A stretch of DNA of 64,000 nucleotides from Glaucostegus cemiculus (taxonomy: Eukaryota): NCBI GenBank assembly GCA_976551045.1, contig CDPCPM010000026.1, positions 14,384,001-14,448,000 on the forward strand, written 5' to 3'. Each line of letters starts with the position of its first letter. The first letter of the stretch is position 1. A program made the translations under genes and the position numbers. This document shows, piece after piece, positions 53,271-63,975 of the stretch. The notes under the pieces are model-generated. The model saw nothing but the letters and a program-made list of their open reading frames with translations. It ran no database searches and was not told the origin of the DNA.

Positions 53271-54239
53271 TTTGACTTTTACTATCTCCCAATATATTCT
53301 GCGTTCAATTCTCATCTATGCAAAGCATATACTTAACCTATTATTGCATTATATGCAAACCCATAATCCAACGTGCCACATATTCTATTTGATATTTGTA
53401 GTTGATGATGGCTTTGCACATCATATCATGTCATGACCATAATGTGTAGCTAATTGCTAACTGGATTGGCTGCAAATTGAATGTTCATTGCTATTTGTGT
53501 ATCTGCTGCTTTAATTTACAATCTCTCAAGGTTACATTACTTCTTGCACAATTCGGTGTGTAAACTCCAATGTTGTTTGTAATCTGCTCCTCCTGGCTTG
53601 CAAAGAGTGCTGTAAGCAGAAGTGTACCTGGCTCACAGTCCATCCCCCAGCAGGCATGGTCTAATGGGGAAACAGTCACTCTGGCTCTGACTTCATCACA
53701 TACTTAAAGATGAACTCCGCTGATTTCTTGCAGGCTACTCAAAGAAGATGGTTAAGATCAGGAAGTGGTGGGAAACTCAGAAAAGCTGATTGAGATCATG
53801 ATGTGGTGGGAAGGCAGTCTGGTGCCAGGGTTTCAGTAACTCATTTCATTCTAACTGCTGCTCCACTTGGTTTATGCTGGGCAGCAAGAGTTAATTGTGA
53901 GACCCTCAGGTCTGCAGCATACTTGCCCCAGTTGGGCGTGGTTAATCATGCACACCTTGCAGCTTTTTTCTGGTTCCCTGGTACTGTTGATTTGTTCAGT
54001 TGTTATTTATACCTCTGTTGTTAAAATGGTGAAATTGGCAACCACACAAACTTCACCTGGGAAGTGTGGGGCAAGAAGACTTGTCGACTCAGTAGTTACT
54101 CTGCACCAAACATAATGGCCAGGCTTGGGTTGGCCTGTATTGTATGTCCCTCTTCAACTAGTCGCAAGGATGAGGTGATATGGTGCTGACAGCTTGTTAT
54201 AAAGATAGAAGGCATGCGGGAAGCACTGGCCACACAGTA

Positions 54240-54455
54240 GGAAAATGGCTTGACAGGATGCCAGTAAAAATGAAGCCATCATTTCCCCACCCTGCTCCAA
54301 CCACCTTTCCATTGTGTCCTGATATTCATCAGCTCTTTTGCAAGTGTCTGGAGGAAAGCAGCAGGGTCCTTCTTTAAGTACGTGGACAAAGCTGAGTAAC
54401 ACCTGCAAAGGCCACTTTGAAAGTATTTACCAAAGCTCTTGCATGGCCATGGAAC
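54240..54455 (-). pseudogene. Possible Harbinger Myb/SANT domain remnant
   Basis: LQVLLSFVHV..RRTLLFPPDTCKRA..W resembles LEVLV.EV..RR.VLFP.DG.RP..W. Confidence 0.35.
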
Positions 54456-54489
54456 ATTGACTTGCTGCCACTTATAAGTACTGTGTATT

Positions 54490-54847
54490 TACAATGACAC
54501 AGAAGGAGGCCATTTGACCCAATGGGTCCATGCTGGCTCCCAGCAGAGCATCCCAATTTTCCTTACCCTCTTACTTCCCTGTACACCTGCAACTTTCTCT
54601 CTCTTGCATGCCCATCAATTGCCCTTTGATTCTTTTGCTTCTTATCTGCACTAAAGGGAAATTTACAGCAGTCAGTTGGACTACCCTGAACATGTTTGGG
54701 ATGTGAGAGGGTACCAGAGCTTCTGGTAGAAACTCTTGTAATCACAAGGAGAACATGCAAACTCCAAAGAGACAGCATGTGAGGTCAGGGTTGAACTGGA
54801 TTCCTGGAGCTCTGAGACAAGAGAACTAACTGCTGCACCACTGTGCC
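54490..54847 (-). mobile_element. Older V-SINE with CR1-type tail
   Basis: acagaaggaggccatttgaccc..catgtttgggatgtgagagg..gagaacatgcaaactcca..gaggtcagggttgaac..ctaactgctgcaccactgtgcc. Confidence 0.85.
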
Positions 54848-55279
54848 AACCTAGGCTTTGATGGCCAGTACCTCAAAGGTCTTATACAGCTGCTGTACTC
54901 TGTTCTCACACAAAACCAGGGGAGTGTTGAGGTGCTGATTCATAGTACCAGGAGAGAAGTCAGATGCCATTGGTCCTACCTTGGGATGATAGCGTACTGC
55001 TAACCTGCTACCAAGTGCTTGAGCTCCAAACCTAAAGGTAAGACCCAGCAGAATACCCAGTAACTACTGGGAAGACAGCCATGCAATGCCAGAAGAAACT
55101 TAAATGGTCAATAATCAGTTGTGTTAGGTGGAAATTGAGCAGAGGGATTTCCATAAACTGGGTAGCAACTTTAAGGCAATCCAGTAACTAACCTGGGTGA
55201 AATAGGAATGCCAAGGACTCATGGTCCTTGTTGTTGGACACATTGTCCACAATGGGTCAAGCTGTGGGGCAACAAAATA

Positions 55280-55428
55280 GAGACACAAGAGACTGCAGAT
55301 GCTAGAAATCTGGAGCAATGTACAAAGCGCTGGAAGAACTCAGCGGGTCAGGCAGCATCTGTGGAGGGAAATGTACAGTTGACATTTCAGGTTAAGACCC
55401 TTCATCAGTTCCTCCAGCACTTTGTGGG
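55280..55428. mobile_element. Penelope-derived element with truncated second arm
   Basis: gacacaagagactgcagatgctagaaatctggagcaa..gctggaagaactcagcgggtcaggcagcatctgtggagggaaatg..agttcctccagcactttgtg. Confidence 0.85.
55376..55408 (-). ncRNA. Minimal type-I hammerhead ribozyme core (Penelope type), helix I incomplete
   Basis: Minus strand reads CTGATGA-AGG(GTCTTAA)CCT-GAAA-TG-TC-AACTG: conserved CUGAUGA, 3-bp helix II, GAAA and GUC cleavage triplet. The 5' strand of helix I appears deleted. Confidence 0.55.
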
Positions 55429-55579
55429 AAGCTCTGGGGAGTCCATTTCCACAACAGAGTGATGAAAAAGTGCAGGAACCTTATTTCAACTCAACAGTAA
55501 AGATTTGAAAAGATTTTGATGCATCTCCTGATCACCAAAGACAAATTCTATCCAATGTGACAAGTGACATGCTTACTTT

Positions 55580-55950
55580 AACAGACAATAACCCTGAAGT
55601 ACATTGGGAAAACTAAAGTGGCTTGAGTCAGAGTGTTGTTAAATGTCATACATAACTGTCTCATGACCCAATGTATCCCAGAAGCTCATGTCGACCTGAT
55701 ATTCGTAAATGACCCAGACAACGTAAACAGAATGAAGTCATTGTACCTTTGGGAAAGAGTGGCCACAAATAATCTATGATTCTGAAATACCAGGGGCCAG
55801 AATCTGGCCAACAACTTTAATCCAATTGGTTTCAATGAAATGAGGGAATAACTTGACTAATTTATATGGGGTAGACTATTCAACATAAATAGAGAACAAA
55901 TTCAAAAACATTCATGTTGAGCACGTGGGATAAACACATACCTAAAAACC
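55580..55950 (+). mobile_element. Old CR1 fragment (endonuclease C-terminus/linker)
   Basis: LLNVIHNCLMTQCI..HVDLIFVNDPD..VIVPLGKSGH..FNEMRE..WGRLF..KHIPK (~LDL.LTN..PLG.SDH). Confidence 0.65.
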
Positions 55951-56049
55951 ACCTAGCTCAGACTAAACAGATGTGTGTGGTGTGGCTCTATATAGATTAA
56001 TAAACATATCTAAAAGATTTTCCACCACTTCCTGCACGGCAGTGATAGA

Positions 56050-57385
56050 GTCCAGTATTTGGATGTTAGTCACAACGTTCATAAAAGAATGCTGATCTGC
56101 AATTGGTCCTTCTCGCTTTCAAACTTCTCTCCAGATGGCTGTAAAAACACTATTAGTTCCATGGAATTCTGCACTTGTGCAAATTCCTCCCCCAGCAGCA
56201 TTGTAATGTCCCTGCTGCATACTCCCAGACAGCTGTTGTATGCTTCTCACAGTGGACATGAAAGATTAACGTCTTATTCTCCCACAGTAATCCACATCTG
56301 AGACATACATCGTTTTAAAATATAGTGATACTTTTCGCTGAAGTAACCTTACCTGTATTTCTTTTGCCAAATACCAATACAATGGAACCAAGATGGGCTT
56401 GGAACACAGTCATATCTGTCTTTTGCCATACTGTCACTTCCACTTGTACTTTTTAATGAGGGAATAATGCTTTAGTTAATGTTACTTTTCCCCCAGAAAA
56501 AATCAATTTACAGTGATTCTATGGAAATCTTGCTGCTGCTGTGACTTGTACCTGCTGTTGGGAGACGTCTACAGGCCAATGCCCAAGAGAAGTAAAAGTC
56601 AGAATGTATCTTGAAGAACACAGGCCGGAGATCCCTGTAGCAAGTCATAGGATGACTTCAATCCATATTCATCGTCTCCATTCCTGTCTCAAGTTCATAT
56701 TCCTCCATCACTATAAGGCAGAACAGGTAGTCTGTTCTTTTTCCTTGCCATCACCTTTCCTCTCCAATCGTCTTTGTTGCCGTGATTGATTTGCAAGAAA
56801 GAAGGATATAAGCTAGGAATGGATAACAATTACCCCTTGGAATTAAGAAGGCAGGGAAGGTTGCTAGGAAAAGAATGTGAGTATTCAGTCTTGATCTCAC
56901 ACCAATCTCCATCAGTGAGAAGAGTGCTGCCACACTTCTACACCAGTCATTGACCACCAAGTATTGTGTACCGATGATGGGTACACATGAGAAAGCAAAG
57001 ATAGATTCATTGTAAAATGGCAAACAACTGAAGTTTGACTTAAGTATAGAAGAAAGGATTTTCAGGGCAGAAGTTGCATGTAGCATGGGTGGGTAACCAG
57101 AGAACTCAATCCTGAGACCTGCCTTAAACAGAATGAAATATGAAAATGATGTTAAGTTAACATCCTTTTTAAGAGAATGAAGATTATGGTGGCAAAGAAA
57201 AAGAAGTAGACCAACCTGATGATATGTCTCAAGTTCTTTCAGCAGTGGACTACAGGTCCATGAATGAGAGTCAGTGTTAGTTCCACCTGCCATTATGACT
57301 GTTCTTTCAGATTTTGTGAATGGCAGCCAGTTGTCTGCAGCCCTAACTAACTGAGCACATTTCACATGCTGTGGGTGCCTGACAA
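56050..57385 (-). pseudogene. Decayed Harbinger Myb/SANT-like gene, probably multi-exon
   Basis: ~57290-57200 WQVE..VHC*KNLRHIIR (~W..VA..QCRKK.NDL.R), then pyrimidine-rich intron-like blocks, an acidic segment (MEEYELETG) and a helical tail (RDITMLLGEEFAQVQNSMEL). Confidence 0.4.
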
Positions 57386-57686
57386 ATACAAAAATAGAAT
57401 GCAGATAGAAATTAACATTCGGGGCTAGGTTACCTACGCCAGATGTGGCATAATTCCACTGTTTTTGAATAATGATGTGAGGATTATGATGTAAAAGGTT
57501 TATCTGAATCAGGAAGTCAGTTTGGTATTCATGAGGCCACAAATTCTTTGTTAGACCCCACCTTTGAAATTCTTCAGGGTTGATTAGTGTCATGATTCTG
57601 AGTACTGGCTCTTGATTTGGTTCCTTAGATGCCTCGTTGTACAGCACATGGATTCCATGTTGGACTGAGTGCATAATGACACACAC
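56751..57686 (-). CDS. 311-codon ORF of unknown nature (first ATG at 57674) overlapping Harbinger-derived sequence
   Basis: Longest ORF in the window. No recognisable domain in this frame. Coding status unproven. Confidence 0.2.
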   Translation of the reverse strand: MCVIMHSVQHGIHVLYNEASKEPNQEPVLRIMTLINPEEFQRWGLTKNLWPHEYQTDFLIQINLLHHNPHIIIQKQWNYATSGVGNLAPNVNFYLHSIFVFVRHPQHVKCAQLVRAADNWLPFTKSERTVIMAGGTNTDSHSWTCSPLLKELETYHQVGLLLFLCHHNLHSLKKDVNLTSFSYFILFKAGLRIEFSGYPPMLHATSALKILSSILKSNFSCLPFYNESIFAFSCVPIIGTQYLVVNDWCRSVAALFSLMEIGVRSRLNTHILFLATFPAFLIPRGNCYPFLAYILLSCKSITATKTIGEER

Positions 57687-57974
57687 CTGAGCCCCATCGG
57701 GGGCCTAGCATAAGTACCTGGGTTTCTGTAGCACTAGTTGCTAGAGGATTGGTCAACCTTTGGGTATACTTTGGCTCCTTGCTGCTTAGAGTGGTCTACT
57801 CTAGAGCAGTCCTGTGTTCTCTATTCCTACTTGAAGATTCAGTTTGTGTTGGGATTATTACTCTGATCTCTGAGGCAAGATTCCTTCCAGTTGCTGCCTG
57901 TGTTTGGTCCTGAGGAAGTATCCTGACTCCAGGCTTGTACCTGTGTGCTGCATTTGGGTTCTCTGTGAGCTTGC

Positions 57975-58680
57975 TCTTCAATCAACATTGTGACAATTAG
58001 AGCAGCAATGAGAAAGTAAAAGCATAAACTCAAGGTCAGAGCTAATGCCTCCATCCTCTTGTGTATCACTTCAAGCTCACTGGCACAGAAATAACATCCA
58101 TCAACACATATCCTGTCTGAAGGTGGGTGTTATTACCATCATACCATAGCACTGGCCTAGGAACTGTGTAATGTGCAATTCAGTTTAGATGAAAAGTCAA
58201 TTATAAAGAATCATGTGGACTTACCATGATTTTCTTTCTGGTTTCTCTACCCATCTCACCTGTGTAGTGACTTTGAACAACAGGCAACACCAATGCTACA
58301 TAACTTTTCCATGAGTACAGACAATGTGAGCTCATGTTGAAACAGCCCTTCAGAATGTTTGAGGCTTATTCCATTTGGCTGAAAGAAAAGTAGGTGAAGT
58401 ATTCTTTCCTTGAGAACAAAGTTTGGGTGATCTCTCTGATACAGCAGTGTGCAACAAACTGAGAAGTGACAGATTATTTTAGCAACCTGGAATGACCTTG
58501 AGAGTGACTGTGACTTTGACCACCCTGGACAAAGAAGTCCAAGAGTGGTCAAAGTTCTCAGTAAAAACAAAAAGTTCAGTTTTGGACCTGGGCCTTCACA
58601 TAAAGGATTAAGTTTACTGAAACTTGGTGTTCTGTCAGTAAATAAGAGTCTTCTTTATCAGATCGGTGAAACTGGAAAAC
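57975..58680 (-). pseudogene. Harbinger/HARBI1-like DDE transposase remnant #2
   Basis: Collinear, frameshifted: SYLLTEHQ..TSLSRVVKVTVTL..RSFQ..ICH/SQFVAHCCIREITQTLFSRKEYF..SYVAL..SPHDSL..LWYDGNNTHLQT..DGG..CCSNCHN. Compare SYL..SE.QC, AL.VAVKVT.AL..GSFQ, ISQ..VH.CIREVT, THVA, GS.HDS, WLLGDKGYPL, CC.LHN. Confidence 0.75.
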
Positions 58681-59199
58681 TCACTGGAGATGAATGTTCA
58701 TGATGAGATACTGTTAATTTCATTTGAATGAACTATATACTGAATGAGTGCAGAAAAACAATTTTCCCACTGAAAAGTAAGGAGCAGAATATCTCAAGCT
58801 TTAAGAAACCTACATTAGTGTGCTAAATTGTTCTACTTTGGATTATCCTGATTTTCAAAAGTACAGCATAACTATTTTTCTGTTAATTGTGGGTGGGCAG
58901 GCACTTATGCCCAGAAAGTGGATATCCTTTTTACTTGGTATGATCAACAGATATTGCCTTCAGAACAAACACCAAATTTGGGGCCACCAAAAAGTGCATC
59001 AGACTAGGACATCTGAGCTGTATGAAAATGCAGTCATGCTTTTCTCCCTTTTAGATGTAGTACATCACAAAATGGAACAAAAATCTATGCTTCAATTTCT
59101 ATGTTAGTCATAACTAACCAGTATGATATGGCTCTCTATGCTGAAACATTACATTGAGACCTTAGTAGGTTTAAAGGAATCAGTGACAATGTTTTGAAA

Positions 59200-60500
59200 T
59201 GCAATACCGTGAAGGAGACATGGAAATACTAATAGATGAGATGTATATCAGGAAGGAGGATGTATATGTCAAGATACAGCAAAAAGTAAATTAAATGTTC
59301 TCTTATGAATGTGAGATCTCCACAGCTTGGAGCAATGCTTCAAGAAGTTTCATGGTCTTACATGGAGATGGAATGGATGCCATGACAGATACTGACATCC
59401 TAAACATACACAATTGATCACTTACATAAAATGTTAATCTCACAAACTGCATCCCTATAAAGTTGAATCCATTTTCATGTCAATGCACTGAACCTTCCTT
59501 TGAAGGGTTGTCTATTTTGAGGTAGAGGTCAGATCTTCCCATCTACCCCTGTACACTGCTATGACAACCCTTAGACCTAATCCCTTTACACATCACCAAC
59601 CTTTTCCTGCGTCATCTCCCATTCTCACCTCACCGTTGACATTGTTCCCCCTCCACCTCTACATATGAGTCAAGCTTCCAAACGCTGTAAAATAAATAGG
59701 TCACCCAATCTCCTTTATCTCCTCCATTCTGGCTGAGACAAGCTGGTATTAGAGGGAAGCCTCCTGCATGGGTGGGGAACCATCAGGAGTGCAACACTTC
59801 ACCAGTTCAGAGCAGAGGCAGAGGGACCACAAAGTCACAACCTACCTCACCAGCCAAAGTCCAAAGAAATCTGCCAGGTAAGCTCCTTAACCATGCTTCA
59901 TTGTGATAACTACATACCCTTTGATCAGGTCTACAGGACACTCCTTCATTATCATCCTTGCTTCTTTATCACCAGTGAGGTGTTTTGCATGCAGCCTACA
60001 AGAACAATACTCTGTGTTTTGCCTTTTACAAGGAATAGCAGCAGTGGCCTGGTCCCCATCCCAGAATATCAGCACAGAGCAGGAGGAATGGGGGACAAGG
60101 GAGGAGCAGGAAGCACTAGAGAAAAGACTGGAAGGAGAGGGAGGATGTTGGTGATGGAGGAGGATGATGGAAGAGCGCCATTATGCCTGATGTGCCACAG
60201 AGATGAACAGATTAAGTTAGAAGGATGGGTGTCCCTGGAAAATACAAGTGTTATTAGAGTACAGATTGGCACCAGCTGTAGAGAATCAGGTGTGGGTCTC
60301 ACCAGAGGACGGGAGCACACCTGGTACTGCCCCATCTGGGGATCACGGATAGGATGTTTTCCTGGAAAGACTAATGCAGATGCGTGGAGATCAAATATCT
60401 GTTCAAAGTTTCCCTTCTCTCGGGACTCCACTTTTTACAGGGGATTGAAGGTGACAGGATTAGGTGAGAAATTATGCCTTGTGCCAGAAAGTGCCACTGA
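59200..60500 (+). pseudogene. Harbinger Myb/SANT DNA-binding protein gene, three exons, decayed
   Basis: Exon 1 (59202-~59370): QYREGDMEILIDEMYIRKEDVY..SLEQCFKKFHGLT. Exon 2 (~59737-59877): REASCMGGEPSGVQHFTSSEQR (~RE..TGGG.P...LT..EER), ending at CAG|GTAAGC. Acceptor tgtgttttgccttttacaag ends at 60032. Exon 3 is acidic, then FLERLMQMRGDQ. Confidence 0.7.
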
Positions 60501-61131
60501 TCAGATCTAATTGTTTTGAGCTGAGTGAAATGAATGGTTCTACCACCGTGATATCATCAGTTGCGCCCCATTGTGTGCCTTGAAATATTCAATTGCCTTA
60601 AGATGAAGTTTACTTGAAGTCTCGGGATGGATTTATCTTGCTGAATGATTGTGGACATTGGATTAAAATGATGGTCCCTCAGTGTATTCCCCTATCCGCT
60701 GAATGCCAATCTGATCAATATATTGTAAAATGCATTTCTCTCAGCTGCTGTGGCACAAGCCTAACTAACCCCACTGATGTGGAGCAGCAATGCAAAGGGC
60801 TAAAGATCCCAATCAATGTTTAGACCTGTACAGCGGAACTGGTTGGAGGAAAGTGGATTTTGTGCAGAGGTCATAGTTGTTTAAGAAAGGTGCCAATCAT
60901 CAGGAAATAGAGATTTTGTAACAGGAAAGTTAAGTAAATGTGTTTGGGAATCATTCATTGAAGTGCACCTACACAGCAGGTTGTGAGGAGATTTCATACA
61001 TCTGGGCTTTCCCAGCTGATTCTTAGTATACTCTGTTATGTTCAGTACTGTAGTGTGGAGAGAGTCACTTGGTTTGCATTGAGGAATTTTATTTGCAGAG
61101 TCCTTGTGGAAATCATCATTTTGGTGTTCCT

Positions 61132-62034
61132 TCATTCTGCATGGGCACCTTCAAATGAGGTTATCTTTTCTGAGCAACGAAGTTTTTTCTGGCAGCTGCC
61201 TTCTTTCTCCAGCTCCTTTTGCTCCATCTCATGGTCCTCAGACTCCTGGTCTTCTTGTTTCTCATCCTCTGGTAGTCCAGAATTATCCAAATAGTGTCAT
61301 TTACTGCAAAGCTTCTCAGTACTAAAAGAGTCAACATGTGACATCTTCCTCTTTGGGCCTGTATTTTTATGTCCCTTGTTTCTGTGCTCAGCTGCTATTC
61401 TTGCACAGTGCTCTGATGTGAGCAGCCAGAGGGCTCCCCCAGAACCCAAGCAGTGCTGGCTGCTTAAAATATGCAGGGGTACAGACTCCCTCAGGATGAG
61501 AGGCTCATGTGTGTTCCCCAGAAACATGGCATGCACAATGAGGAACTTATCATGATCCATAAATCCTACACATTAGAGAAGTGAAAACTATTCCTGTTCA
61601 TAAAATTGTTTGGGTTATCAGAGAATCATTGAGTGTCTGACTCAAGAAAAGCCAGCAATCTGATTGGTCATCTCCTCTTCATTGAAATCAAAGTAGATAA
61701 GATTATTTCTGCATAAATATAGTGCCTGGGTGACATCCCTGACGCAGCAAATTGGGGAACATGGCATAAATCTGCTACAGTAGTTGGAAAGATCCTGCAA
61801 TATGGAAGATGAGAGTGAATGTGACCACGTTCATGAAGAGATTAAACCAGGAGCATGACTGTAGCTGAAGGTCTTCACACAGAATATCACGTACCTCAGA
61901 GATGACAGCCATAGGAAAGCCGATCCTGTGAATACATTGTTCATCAGTGAGGTCTAGTTCAGATGTGGTATCTCTGAAGACTCAGAAGTTGAAGCCTTGA
62001 GATGGGCATGTCTTGCAGAGGTCTGAGTTACCAT
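61132..62034 (-). pseudogene. Harbinger/HARBI1-like DDE transposase remnant #1
   Basis: VFRDTTSELDLTDEQCIHRIGF..VISEVRDILCEDLQ..FHIAGSFQ/TVADLCHVPQFA/VRDVTQALYLCRNNLIYF..IAGFS*V..NFMNRNSFHFSNV*..DHDKFLIVHAMFLGNTHEPLILRES..YLDNSG plus an acidic tail. Confidence 0.88.
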
Positions 62035-62199
62035 GCGTGAGCAATGATGGCCGTAATGACACCACCAATGATGGAGTACCACTCATGGAATGAGTATCCC
62101 AGCAGCACATATAAAATAGTTATATCGCAGTGAAGACAATGGAAGGTGTCCGAGAAACCTGTAGTCCTTTGTGAAAATAGTGAGTCAGGGTTCCCAATC

Positions 62200-63380
62200 A
62201 CAACAGTATTTCTTCAATAATAAGAAATGCAACAGCTTGTACACTGTACTTCTTGTTCCATTGAATGTTCAGTGATGATCATTGTGAGGAGCTTTTGGCT
62301 CCAAGTTAGATCAGTATGGATAGGCATGACGAGCGATGTCATTCCATTTGGGTCTGTCCAGGAGTTCACTTCTGACTTTTATTTGCTGGGCTCTCTGTGT
62401 CAGCTTACCTTTTATCAGTATTGGTGTAGTTCTCCAGCTGTAGTTCTCTGGCAGTGATTGGAGAAGATCAGATATGTTAATATATGTTGTGACCAGAAGT
62501 GCTCCATCCAATGTTATGATTAGAGTAAAATTTCCATTGTTCACCTGGAATTAATCTCCAGTGAAACCTATTCAGGGTAAAATCAAGATTGGTTTGTGTA
62601 ATGTGTAACATCTATTTTCTTAGAGTTTTAAACCAAGAGGGTTTATTCTGCTCTGTGCCTCTATACTTTTAGTGGATGCAAAGGTGATCTGTGTACTTTG
62701 TTAATCAATGATGACATTAGCCTGAGTACTATATGATTGACACATACTTGGTGTTGGGAAATGACCCAGGATTAATTTTCTCCCATAAATTGGTTTGGTG
62801 AAATTGTATCACCTGGCACAGGGACAGAGCCAAAATTTGGTTATTTTGAAAGATCTGAACTTTGACATCATGAGTGTTTCCAAATTTACGAAGAGCTTGA
62901 CTTCTCACTATGATAATCTATAAGCATGGATGGAAAATTTGCAACTCTGAGAGGTTGGTGAGGATTCTCTCAGAGCTAACAGGCTAAAAGTGCCCAGGTG
63001 GCCAACCATTTTGAGAGTGGAGTTTAATTAGCTTTGTGCACTGCAGCATATCCTCTTAAAGAAATAGCAGCACAAGCACATTCCAATACTTTGAGAAATC
63101 ACACATTACCTTTGGTATGTCCAGTTCTTCCTCACCTTTTGCTTCGCTTTGACCTCACAGTCTCCCACATTTTCATCTACCTATTATTGAACAAGGTCTT
63201 TTCCTTTCTGGGGGAGAATACAACAGTTAAGGTGAGCATTTCCTCCATATGACATGCTTCCCCTGATGATGAGTCCTGCAGCTTCACTGTAGCTCTGTAA
63301 CTCTGCCTCAATATGAGCAGAAACCCTGAACCAACCTATAGGAGTTGTGAGCTCTCCTTTACACATGCAAGATTTCCTGA
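62200..63380 (-). pseudogene. Possible third Myb-like gene remnant upstream of transposase #1
   Basis: Acceptor ttgtattctcccccag (~63208), then EKTLFNNR*MK (~EK.AHNRR) and donor AAG|GTAATG (~63110). Downstream helical segment QQIKVRSELLD..SMEQEV. Confidence 0.3.
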
Positions 63381-63394
63381 CACAAAGATTTTTA

Positions 63395-63975
63395 TTATAT
63401 TCATACGTACATAAATGGGGCTTTGCTGGCTAGACCAACATTTATTACCCATTCTGAATCGCCACTCATTAAAATAACCTGAAGGGCTATTTCAGAGAAC
63501 AGTAAAGAGTTGACCACATTACTATGAGTCTGAGGTCATATTTAATAAGGTTGGCAGGCACAGTAGTGTAGCGGTTAGTGTGATGCTATTACAGAGCCAG
63601 TGACCCAGGTTCAATTCCCGCCACTGCCTGTAAGGAGTTTGAATGTTCTCCCTGTGTCTGCATGGGTTTCCTTCAGGTGCTCTGGTTTCCTCCCATATTC
63701 CAAAGACGTACAGGTTAGGAAGTTGTGGGCATGCTATGTTGGCACTGGAAGCGTGACAACACTTGTGGGCTGTCCCCAGAGCACTCTACGCAAAAGATAC
63801 ATTTCACTGTGTGTTTCGATGTACATGTGACTAAAAGATATCTTATCTTTTGTTATCAAATATCCACCAATTTCAGTTTCACAATTCACAATTACCTGGA
63901 TTTATTTAATCATTTTGTTTCTCCTGCTGCTTCTGATCAATAGCCCAGGCCTCTGAATACTATTACAGCAACTCC
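63395..63975 (-). mobile_element. SINE-like element (family of 39575/40735) split by a V-SINE
   Basis: ttgctggctagaccaacatttattacccat..gggctatttcagagaacagtaaagagttgaccacatt, and after the insert tagcccaggcctctgaatacta. Confidence 0.7.
63553..63849 (+). mobile_element. Full-length V-SINE with (ATCTT)n tail
   Basis: ggcaggcacagtagtgtagcggttag, ggttcaattccc, V-domain, gtacatgtgactaaaagatatcttatct. Confidence 0.93.

Noticed and set aside
52936-53275. Two nearly identical ORFs on opposite strands (MLEILSRSGCIC..)
   Set aside because: Artefact of the palindrome.
55791-55808. ggggccagaat as a Harbinger TIR
   Set aside because: It lies inside a CR1 fragment, and no matching inverted copy bounding the cluster was found in the window.
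57661-58200. Apparent viral-like membrane protein (MEALALTLSLCFYFLIAALIVTML plus a Ser/Thr-rich stalk) and a possible endogenous virus at 56-63 kb
   Set aside because: Another frame of the same DNA gives the transposase C-terminus (DGG..CCSNCHN), collinear with upstream Harbinger motifs. No polymerase, capsid, protease or Env motif was recognised.
59893-60510. 205-aa plus-strand ORF
   Set aside because: It starts inside the inferred intron and crosses the purine-rich decayed Myb exon 3. No independent domain.
63261-63300. ctgatgatgagtcc hammerhead-like string
   Set aside because: No GAAA at the right distance and no helices.
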